From contig CACLJX010000001.1 of NCBI GenBank assembly GCA_902607435.1, positions 10,899 to 74,898 on the forward strand: 64,000 nucleotides of DNA, written 5' to 3'. Positions 9,578 through 17,529 of the stretch are shown here, piece after piece. The first letter of the stretch is position 1. Every line of letters begins with the position of its first letter. Source of the DNA: an uncultured Alphaproteobacteria bacterium. GTDB taxonomy: Bacteria > Pseudomonadota > Alphaproteobacteria > HIMB59 > GCA-002718135. Under the pieces are notes generated by a model, which saw nothing but the letters and a program-made list of their open reading frames with translations, searched no databases and had not been told where the DNA came from. The translations under genes were made by a program, and so were the position numbers.

Positions 9578-10132
9578 ATGGACAAAAGCATCAATCCTTC
9601 GCTTGTTTTAAATGCTGATTTTCGTCCTTTAAGCTATTATCCGCTTTCTCTATGTTCTTGGCAAGATGCTATAAAGTCAGTCTTTCTCGATCGCGTTTCA
9701 GTCATTGAAAGTTATGAAGAAGAAGTCCATTCTCCTTCTACAACTTTTAAATTGCCTAGTGTTATTGCTCTTAAAGATTATGTTAAATGTTTACGGAAAC
9801 CAGCATTTACAAGATTTAATGTTTTTCTTCGTGATAATTTTTGTTGTCAATATTGCAATCAAAAATTTTCAGCAAATGATTTAACATTTGATCATATTAC
9901 TCCAAAGTATCTTAATGGAAAAACAACATGGACAAACGTAGTGTCAGCATGTACCTTATGCAATCTTAGCAAAGGAAGAAGACTTCTTCGATATACTGAC
10001 ATGATTTTGATCAAATCACCTGTTAAACCGACTTCTATGCAATTATTGAATAATGGAAAAAATTTTCCTCCTAATTATCTTCATAAAAGTTGGCGTGATT
10101 ATTTGTATTGGGATACGGAATTAGAAAACTAA
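9578..10132 (+). CDS. HNH endonuclease-domain protein
   Basis: CCQYCN...FDHITPKYLNGKTTWTNVVSACTLCNLSKG is an HNH/CxxC zinc motif. The N-terminal ~80 aa is unassigned. Confidence 0.75.
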   Translation: MDKSINPSLVLNADFRPLSYYPLSLCSWQDAIKSVFLDRVSVIESYEEEVHSPSTTFKLPSVIALKDYVKCLRKPAFTRFNVFLRDNFCCQYCNQKFSANDLTFDHITPKYLNGKTTWTNVVSACTLCNLSKGRRLLRYTDMILIKSPVKPTSMQLLNNGKNFPPNYLHKSWRDYLYWDTELEN

Positions 10133-10707
10133 ATTTTTTTTGAAATTGCAATAGCCGTTTTACAACCAACGGATATGATTTTGGTCAAAAAATTATAACC
10201 AAAAGTATTCTCAGCATCATGTTCAAGTCCAATATCATGATGTTCTAACTCATCTTTTTCGAATTTTTTAATAGTGCGTATTAATTTTTTTTGATCAGTT
10301 CCTAATTGTTTTGCTTGTTTGTTATAGTGTTCTCCGATTACTGATTCAACAGCAACTGTGCAAGCCATTGCGGCTTTTTTTCCTAACAAAGCAGTTGAAG
10401 CGCCTAATAAGTATCCAGCTATATTCCATATTGGCAATAATGCTGTTGGGCGGACTCGATTTTGAATAATTAATTTTTCAAAAGTTTCTATATGAAGTTT
10501 TTCCTGATCAGCCATTTGCTGAATAGTTTGACCAATTTTAGAGTTTTTACCAAATATAGCTATTTGACCATCATAAATTCTTGTCGCACCATATTCCCCT
10601 GCATGATCGACACGAATGATTTGTTCTAGTAAATATTTCTCAGTTCTTGATCCTTGATTTATTTTTTCTTTTTTAAATTTAGTTTTAGTTATTTTTCTCT
10701 TTTTCAT
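10129..10707 (-). CDS. coq7: demethoxyubiquinone hydroxylase (COQ7-type di-iron)
   Basis: RVDHAGEYGA..., ferritin-like E..H repeats (EKLHIETF, ELEHHDIGLEH). Confidence 0.85.
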   Translation of the reverse strand: MKKRKITKTKFKKEKINQGSRTEKYLLEQIIRVDHAGEYGATRIYDGQIAIFGKNSKIGQTIQQMADQEKLHIETFEKLIIQNRVRPTALLPIWNIAGYLLGASTALLGKKAAMACTVAVESVIGEHYNKQAKQLGTDQKKLIRTIKKFEKDELEHHDIGLEHDAENTFGYNFLTKIISVGCKTAIAISKKI

Positions 10708-11182
10708 AAAAAACTTTAATAATGAATATAGTATTAAACAACAGAAATAAAAAAAGCAAAATAGTATTTATTGTTGCGGCAGATAAACCTAGAATTGACC
10801 AAGTAATATCATTACAATTAACTATTGTTTTATTAAGTATTTGTTCTTTAAGTCCTTCAATAGAATTTGTTTTTTTTATAAAAGCAGAACAATTGGAAGG
10901 TCCGAGTATTAATTTTTTTTCAATTCCTACATGCCATATTGAATAAAACAATCCGTAAAAAATAGCTAGCTCAGTTAAAATATATAACCATATATTTGAT
11001 ATTTTTCTTATCAAGTAAAAAAGAATGAAAACACCTATTATAAAATAGTAGGGGTAGCGTTGATACAAACACATTTTACAAGGAGAAAGGTTAAAAACAT
11101 ACTCCGCAATAAATGCACTAGAAATTGCAATAATACTTAAGGTGAAAAGAATAACGGCCCAATATCTAATCAAGTAACTCAT
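10685..11182 (-). CDS. DsbB-family disulfide bond formation protein
   Basis: Four predicted TM segments. PCKMCLYQRYPYY matches the DsbB CxxC..QR motif. A second Cys pair (CSAF...NC) lies in the loop. Confidence 0.75.
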   Translation of the reverse strand: MSYLIRYWAVILFTLSIIAISSAFIAEYVFNLSPCKMCLYQRYPYYFIIGVFILFYLIRKISNIWLYILTELAIFYGLFYSIWHVGIEKKLILGPSNCSAFIKKTNSIEGLKEQILNKTIVNCNDITWSILGLSAATINTILLFLFLLFNTIFIIKVFYEKEKNN

Positions 11183-11763
11183 AAAAATTTGATTAATAAA
11201 AAACTTCCAATTAATAAAACAAAAAATAATAGTGTAAGAATATTAAAATAACGATCAATAGCATTTCTTATAAAATTTCCAAATAATTTCAATAATCCTG
11301 CTATGAGAAAAAAACGCAAACCACGAGCTAGAAAACTAACAACAATAAATAATGGTAAGTTAAGAGCAAACAAACCACTTGCTATTGTAATAAATTTAAA
11401 TGGAAAAGGAGTAAATCCAGCGCCCAACACAATCCAAATCCCCCAGTTATTGTAGTAAGATTCAAAATTAGAAAATTGATTATTTAAATCATAATAATGA
11501 ACAATTAGTGTCCCAATTGAATTATAGAAAAAAAATCCAATGAAATAACCTATGATGCCACCAATTACAGAACTAAATGTGCAAATCATTGCATATATCC
11601 AGGCCTTTGCCCTTTTTGTAATTATCATTGGTATTAAAATAATATCAGGAGGTATAGGAAAAAGAAAACTTTCAAAAAATGAAATTATAGCAAGAAACCA
11701 GGGAGCTTTTGGATGATTAGATTTTTCCAGTGTCCAATTATAGAGTTTTCGAAGTAAATTCAT
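11179..11763 (-). CDS. YqaA/DedA-family membrane protein
   Basis: APWFLAIISFFESFLFPIPPD is a signature of the DedA/SNARE-associated family. Multi-pass membrane protein. Confidence 0.75.
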   Translation of the reverse strand: MNLLRKLYNWTLEKSNHPKAPWFLAIISFFESFLFPIPPDIILIPMIITKRAKAWIYAMICTFSSVIGGIIGYFIGFFFYNSIGTLIVHYYDLNNQFSNFESYYNNWGIWIVLGAGFTPFPFKFITIASGLFALNLPLFIVVSFLARGLRFFLIAGLLKLFGNFIRNAIDRYFNILTLLFFVLLIGSFLLIKFL

Positions 11764-11772
11764 TTATATACA

Positions 11773-11857
11773 TGGTAGGAGTAGAGGGAATCGAACCCAC
11801 ACCACCGAAGTGACCGGATTTTGAATCCGGCGCGTCTACCAGTTCCGCCATACTCCC
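11773..11857 (-). tRNA. tRNA-Leu (anticodon CAA), type II with long variable arm, CCA encoded
   Basis: The reverse complement reads GGGAGTATGGCGGAACTGGTAGACGCGCCGGATTCAAAATCCGGTCACTTCGGTGGTGTGGGTTCGATTCCCTCTACTCCTACCA. It has an acceptor stem (G1-U72 wobble), a D-arm and the anticodon stem-loop CCGGA-TTCAAAA-TCCGG. It also has a T-arm GGTTCGATTCC and a 3' CCA. Confidence 0.9.
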
Positions 11858-12121
11858 TTTTGTTTTTTTCCATATTTACTTGGTTTTTATTTCTAAGTCT
11901 ACCAGGTAATTTTGTAAACTTTATTTTGAAAAGTATCTTGAGAGTGTAGTAAAAAATCCATAAAATTTACTAAAATACTAGTGAACGAAATTAAATTTAC
12001 TAACGAGTTTTTTTATCATTACTCAACTAAGCTATTGATGAAGTAAGTTTAAAGATTAAAAAAAGTGATGGAATTATTAATTTACTTACTTAACAGATTA
12101 TATTTTTTTTAGAGGAAAATA

Positions 12122-14170
12122 ATGAAATCAAATATTAATTCATCTAGATGCATTACTATTGTAGGACCAAGTCAGACAGGAAAAACTTCTTTAATGGAAA
12201 GCATTTTACACGTTTGCAAACAAATTCCTAACAAAGGTAAAATAGGTGACAATAATACTTTATCAGACCATTTGTCAGAAGAACAAGAATTAAAGATGAG
12301 TATATCAATGGGAATCTCAAATGCTCAATTTATGGACGAGGATTATACTTTTATTGATTGCCCTGGTTCCAATGAGTTTATTAATGAATTTTTACAAGCA
12401 ATAAGAATTTCTGACTTAAGTATTGTTGTTATAGAACCAATAAAAGAAAAAATTTTATCTCTTGTTCCTTATTTTTTCTATTTAAATAAAATGAATATAC
12501 CTCATATTTTGTTTATTAATAAAGTTGATAATTTGAATTTTGAAATCAAAGATTTACTAGGAACAATTCAAGAATATTCTCCTAAACCATTAGTAATAAG
12601 ACAAATACCTATTAGAGAAGGAGATAAAATTATAGGTGCTGCTGATGTAATTCATGAAAGAGCTTACACTTATGAAAAAGAAAAACCTTCACAAATTGTC
12701 AAAATACCAGAACAATTAACATCTGCTCGGGAGGAAATACGAGAAAAATTACTTGAAACTTTAGCTGATTTTGATGATGCTTTAATGGAAAAAATATTAG
12801 AAGATGTTCCAACTTCAACTGAAGAGATATATGAGCATTTGAAAAAAGATATAGCTTCTAATAGCATTGTTGAAGTTCTTACTGGATCAGCTGAAAATGA
12901 AACTGGCATTCGACGTTTGTTAAAAACTATCAGACATGATTGCCCTATTTATAAAAAAACAGTTGAAAGAAATGGGCTTAAAATAAATAAAGATACTGCT
13001 TGCGTGCAAATTTTCAAAACTAATTTTGTTCCTCATAAAGGTAAACAAAGTATAGCGCGAGTATGGTCTGGTGAATTACAAGAAGGCAACACTTTACAAG
13101 ATAGTATACGTTTGCAAAATTTATTCTCCCTTCAAGGTAAAGAATTTGTAAAAATTTCAAAAGCTAAAGCTGGAGATATAATTGGCCTATCTCGTATAGA
13201 ATCAATTAATACAGGAGATTTGATCTCTGATGAAGATAAGGAAATCAAGAAAGATAATGATATACTTATTCCTCCTCAACCTATTTATTCAAAAGCTATC
13301 ATAACAATTAAAAGAGAAGATGACGTTAAATTGTCTGAGTCATTAAAAGAGATTATAGCAACAGACTCATCGTATGCTATTGAGCGTAATACAATTACTC
13401 AACAATTATTATTATGGGGCCAAGGAGAAATTCACTTACGTATAGCATTAAATAAATTAAAAAATAATTATAATGTTGAAACAAAAGAAGAAAAAATAAA
13501 CTTTGCTTTTAATGAAACTATTCAAGGCAGTGTGTCTGATCATACTACAACTCATAAAAAGCAATCTGGTGGAGCCGGACAATACGCGAGGGTAGTTGTA
13601 GATGTGAAACCTTTGCCAAGAGGAGAGTTTTTTAAATTTGAAAATAAAATTGTAGGTGGCGTGATTCCAAAAACTTATATTCCTTCAGTAGAAAAAGGAT
13701 GCAAAGAATGTATGCAAAAAGGCCCACTAGGTTTTCCTGTAACAGATATACAAGTTACTTTAAAAGATGGAAAAACCCATGATGTTGATTCAAATTCAAA
13801 TTCATTTCATATAGCTGGTATTAAAGTTTTAAGAGAAACGTTAGAAAACTGTAAACCGGTTTTACTTGAACCCTATCATAAAGTAAGATTTTTGGTACCT
13901 TCTAAGAATATTAATAATATTTATACTTTAGTTACGAGTAAAAGAGGAATGATTAAAGAAAATCTTCAAAAAGATGGATGGGTAGGCTATGAAGTTTTGG
14001 AGGCAGAGATACCCGGATGTGAATTATTTAATTTAATTATTGAAGTTAAAAGTTTAACAGAGGGATTGGGCTCATTTGAACATGAATTTGAACGAATGCA
14101 AATAGTACAAAGTAAAGAACTTTCAGATAGTTTGATTAGCAAATTTTCATCAAAAGAAAAAGTAGAATGA
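12122..14170 (+). CDS. elongation factor G paralogue with degenerate GTPase motifs
   Basis: 682 aa. P-loop GPSQTGKTS, G3 DCPGS (canonical DTPGH), G4 NKVD, GSA. Domain IV tip HDVDS is conserved. Confidence 0.85.
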   Translation: MKSNINSSRCITIVGPSQTGKTSLMESILHVCKQIPNKGKIGDNNTLSDHLSEEQELKMSISMGISNAQFMDEDYTFIDCPGSNEFINEFLQAIRISDLSIVVIEPIKEKILSLVPYFFYLNKMNIPHILFINKVDNLNFEIKDLLGTIQEYSPKPLVIRQIPIREGDKIIGAADVIHERAYTYEKEKPSQIVKIPEQLTSAREEIREKLLETLADFDDALMEKILEDVPTSTEEIYEHLKKDIASNSIVEVLTGSAENETGIRRLLKTIRHDCPIYKKTVERNGLKINKDTACVQIFKTNFVPHKGKQSIARVWSGELQEGNTLQDSIRLQNLFSLQGKEFVKISKAKAGDIIGLSRIESINTGDLISDEDKEIKKDNDILIPPQPIYSKAIITIKREDDVKLSESLKEIIATDSSYAIERNTITQQLLLWGQGEIHLRIALNKLKNNYNVETKEEKINFAFNETIQGSVSDHTTTHKKQSGGAGQYARVVVDVKPLPRGEFFKFENKIVGGVIPKTYIPSVEKGCKECMQKGPLGFPVTDIQVTLKDGKTHDVDSNSNSFHIAGIKVLRETLENCKPVLLEPYHKVRFLVPSKNINNIYTLVTSKRGMIKENLQKDGWVGYEVLEAEIPGCELFNLIIEVKSLTEGLGSFEHEFERMQIVQSKELSDSLISKFSSKEKVE

Positions 14171-14181
14171 GGTAAGTAAAA

Positions 14182-14607
14182 CTAAATTGATTTTTCATCA
14201 TAATAATGAGCATACTTTTTTATTTGTTGAATCATTGCATAAACCCCATTTCTTCTGCCCGGAGTTAAAAGGACGTCAAGTTCTAATTTTTTAAGTGATT
14301 CGAAATTTGAAGCTAGAATATCAGCAGGTTTATTTTTCCCGTAAATATCAGTTAAAATTGTCACCATACCTTTTGATATAAAAGCATCTGAGTCACTATA
14401 AAAATTTAATATGCAATCTTTAAATTCTGGGACTAACCATACTTGTGCTTGGCATCCTTCAACTTTAAAACTTTCTTTACGATATTCTTCAGGAAATAAA
14501 ATAGCTTTTTTTCCTTGATCAAGAAGAAACTTATATTTGTCCATTGTTTCTTCAAAAGAATCAAGGCTATTTTTATAAAAATTAATTTTTTCTTCAATTT
14601 TTATCAT
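14182..14607 (-). CDS. sufE: cysteine desulfuration (sulfur acceptor) protein SufE
   Basis: VEGCQAQVWL matches the SufE active-site Cys region. 141 aa. Confidence 0.85.
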   Translation of the reverse strand: MIKIEEKINFYKNSLDSFEETMDKYKFLLDQGKKAILFPEEYRKESFKVEGCQAQVWLVPEFKDCILNFYSDSDAFISKGMVTILTDIYGKNKPADILASNFESLKKLELDVLLTPGRRNGVYAMIQQIKKYAHYYDEKSI

Positions 14608-15656
14608 TGTATATGTTTTCTTAAAATAAGAGCAGTTTCTTCAGGTAATACATCCATAATAAATACACCTGCCATTGTTTCAGAACCAGCAAGTATTTTT
14701 GGTTTATCACCAGATCGCAGGGGAGGATAAAATTCAACATGAAAATGAAACTTATCGTCTTCTAAATTTGGCGCAGCATGAAGTCCCATTATATATGGAC
14801 ATTTCTTATTCAAAAAAGAATCATATCCTTTTACAACTTTTTGTAAACAAATTGAGAAAGATCTAATTTGATCTTCATTGAATTGCCAAGGTCCTGCAAC
14901 TTTTGTTTTGGGTATAATCCAGATTTCATAAGCGTATCTTGCAAAAGGTGGAATGGCGGCAATTATATTGTCATCTTGATACACATAATATTTTTTTTCA
15001 AGATCATGCATTAAGGCATTTAAATAATTTTTTTTTTGGAAAGCCATAATTTCTTTTTTAATTACAGGGGGAATAAATGAATATCCATATATTTGCCCAT
15101 GAGGATGATGCAGAGTTACCCCACATTCTTTGCCTCTATTTTCAAAAGGTAATACATATTTAATATTATCATTTGTTAATAATTCTCTATATCTATCATT
15201 CCAAGTGTGAACGAGTAGTTCTATTTGTTCTAATGGCATATCAGCAACAGTATCTTCATGGTTTGCTGAATAAACAATAATTTCACAATGTCCATTAGAA
15301 GGCTTAGTTTTTAAACCATCAAATTTGGTAATATTTTCATTATGAGTACAAAAACTTGACCATCTATTTGGAAATACTGCAACTTCAAAATTTTTAAATG
15401 GAATTTCTGTTGGAAAATTTAAATCATTACTTGGACAAAAAGGGCAATATTCTTTAGGCGGAAAAGTAGTTCTTTTTTCTCTTCCAGCTGAATATGTAAT
15501 CCATTCTTGACGAAGAGGATGCCATCGCATGTGAGGAGGTAGAATATTTGTTATTTCAATTTCTTGCATATTTTTTTCCTCATGTTTTACAGTACTAAAT
15601 AATAGAAGATCCTTGCTATCATTTCTTTTAAAAATTCTTTTAAAATATTTTTTCAT
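14604..15656 (-). CDS. galT: galactose-1-phosphate uridylyltransferase
   Basis: CPFCP zinc site and the HPHGQIY active-site HPH motif. The true start may be the internal Met at 15569. Confidence 0.88.
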   Translation of the reverse strand: MKKYFKRIFKRNDSKDLLLFSTVKHEEKNMQEIEITNILPPHMRWHPLRQEWITYSAGREKRTTFPPKEYCPFCPSNDLNFPTEIPFKNFEVAVFPNRWSSFCTHNENITKFDGLKTKPSNGHCEIIVYSANHEDTVADMPLEQIELLVHTWNDRYRELLTNDNIKYVLPFENRGKECGVTLHHPHGQIYGYSFIPPVIKKEIMAFQKKNYLNALMHDLEKKYYVYQDDNIIAAIPPFARYAYEIWIIPKTKVAGPWQFNEDQIRSFSICLQKVVKGYDSFLNKKCPYIMGLHAAPNLEDDKFHFHVEFYPPLRSGDKPKILAGSETMAGVFIMDVLPEETALILRKHIQ

Positions 15657-16629
15657 TTTTTAATTTTCGTTCCCATTGAATCGCTGTTTTTAATATAAAA
15701 TTTAAATTATTATATTTAGGCGTCCAATCAATTATTTGTTTTAACTTAGTGATATCAGAAATTAATTTAATGGAATCTCCAGGACGTCTTGGACCATATT
15801 CAATGTTGATTCTATTGTTACATATCTTGTTAATTTCATCTAGAATTTCTTTAACTGAATATCCCTTACCATACCCACAATTTAATATCTTTGATTGTTT
15901 CTTTTTTAACAAATATTCAAGTGCTTTAACATGTATTTCAGCTAGATCAGAAACGTGAATATAATCTCGTATAGCTGTTCCATCTAAAGTATTATAGTCT
16001 TTTCCAAAAATAATTACTTTATCTCTTTTTCCAATAGCAGCTTCACTAGAAACTTTGATTAAATGTGTGGGGTTTTTTGAAATTAAACCACTTCTCATTT
16101 GAGGATCTGAACCAGCAACATTAAAATAACGTAAAATTATATATTTTAATCTATTTTTAGAAAGATTAATCAAATTTTTTTCTGTTTCAATTTTTGATTC
16201 TGCGTATGGATTAAGAGGATTTAATTTTGTATTTTCATCAATTAATCCATTTAAGATAGGATTACCATAAACAGCTGCTGTTGATGAAAAAATAACGTTA
16301 ATTAATCCATTTTTAAAACATGTATCAAATAATATTTCAGAATTTTTTGTATTATTAATAAAATATTTTTTAGAGAACTGTAAAGATTCTTCTACCTTAA
16401 TAAAAGCAGCAAAATGCATCACAGCAATAAATTTTTTTTTTTGAAGAATAGATGAAATGATTTCAACGTCATTTATATTGCATTTTACAAAATCCGCTTT
16501 TTTGGGTATTAATTGCTCATGCCCGGTGCTCAAATCATCGAGTATTGTAACATTATATCCTGCATCCAATAAACTCAATGAGACATGGCTTCCTATGTAG
16601 CCAGCTCCACCAGTAACTAATATATTCAT
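15640..16629 (-). CDS. galE: UDP-glucose 4-epimerase
   Basis: MNILVTGGAGYIGSH and the short-chain dehydrogenase (SDR) motif YAESK (YxxxK). 329 aa. Confidence 0.9.
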   Translation of the reverse strand: MNILVTGGAGYIGSHVSLSLLDAGYNVTILDDLSTGHEQLIPKKADFVKCNINDVEIISSILQKKKFIAVMHFAAFIKVEESLQFSKKYFINNTKNSEILFDTCFKNGLINVIFSSTAAVYGNPILNGLIDENTKLNPLNPYAESKIETEKNLINLSKNRLKYIILRYFNVAGSDPQMRSGLISKNPTHLIKVSSEAAIGKRDKVIIFGKDYNTLDGTAIRDYIHVSDLAEIHVKALEYLLKKKQSKILNCGYGKGYSVKEILDEINKICNNRINIEYGPRRPGDSIKLISDITKLKQIIDWTPKYNNLNFILKTAIQWERKLKNEKIF

Positions 16630-16686
16630 ACTTTTTATTAATTACTTTCTTTAATACACAATTGGTATTAATGATTCGATAATTAT

Positions 16687-17529
16687 ATGAAATTACTTAG
16701 ATATAGAAAAAATGGCTTAATTGAGCCGGGCATTTTAGATGTTGAAGGCAATATAAGAAATGCATCTTCACTAACAAAAGATTGGTCAAACAAGACATTA
16801 AATCTTGAAAATATTAATAAATTGAGTGCAGCTAATATATCTGCTTTACCAAAAGTTGACGATATAATCTCTATTGCTCCTTGTATAGGAGGAGTTGGAA
16901 AATTTATTTGTATAGGATTGAATTATTCAGATCATGCTGCTGAAACTGGAATGGAAGTACCAAAAGAACCTATAATATTTATGAAAGCAACAAGTTCCAT
17001 CTGTGGACCTAATGATGATATAATTATACCAAAAAACTCAAACAAAACAGATTGGGAGGTTGAACTTGGTGTTATTATAGGAAAAGAAGCAAAATATATT
17101 TCAGAGCAAGATTCACAAGATTACATTGCTGGCTACTGTGTTGTGAATGATCTTAGTGAACGTGAATTTCAATTAGAACATTTAGGACAATGGGTCAAAG
17201 GAAAATCATGTGATACTTTTGGTCCAATCGGACCATATTTGGTTACAAAAGATGAAGTTCTGGATCCTCAAAATTTAGAATTATATTTAGAAGTAAATAG
17301 TCACATTATGCAAAAAGGATCTACATCTAAAATGATATATGGTGTTAATTTTTTAATTAGCTACTTAAGTCAATTTATGTCTTTACAACCTGGAGATATA
17401 GTTTCGACAGGGACACCCCCAGGTGTTGGGATGGGGAAAAAGCCATCAATTTATCTAAAAGCTGGTGATAAAATTAAATTAGGCATACAAGGTTTGGGTG
17501 AACAAAATCAAAATGTGATTTCATTATAA
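16687..17529 (+). CDS. fumarylacetoacetate hydrolase (FAH)-family hydrolase/isomerase
   Basis: GLNYSDHAAE, DWEVELGVIIGK, GTPPGVG are FAH-family motifs. 280 aa. Confidence 0.85.
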   Translation: MKLLRYRKNGLIEPGILDVEGNIRNASSLTKDWSNKTLNLENINKLSAANISALPKVDDIISIAPCIGGVGKFICIGLNYSDHAAETGMEVPKEPIIFMKATSSICGPNDDIIIPKNSNKTDWEVELGVIIGKEAKYISEQDSQDYIAGYCVVNDLSEREFQLEHLGQWVKGKSCDTFGPIGPYLVTKDEVLDPQNLELYLEVNSHIMQKGSTSKMIYGVNFLISYLSQFMSLQPGDIVSTGTPPGVGMGKKPSIYLKAGDKIKLGIQGLGEQNQNVISL

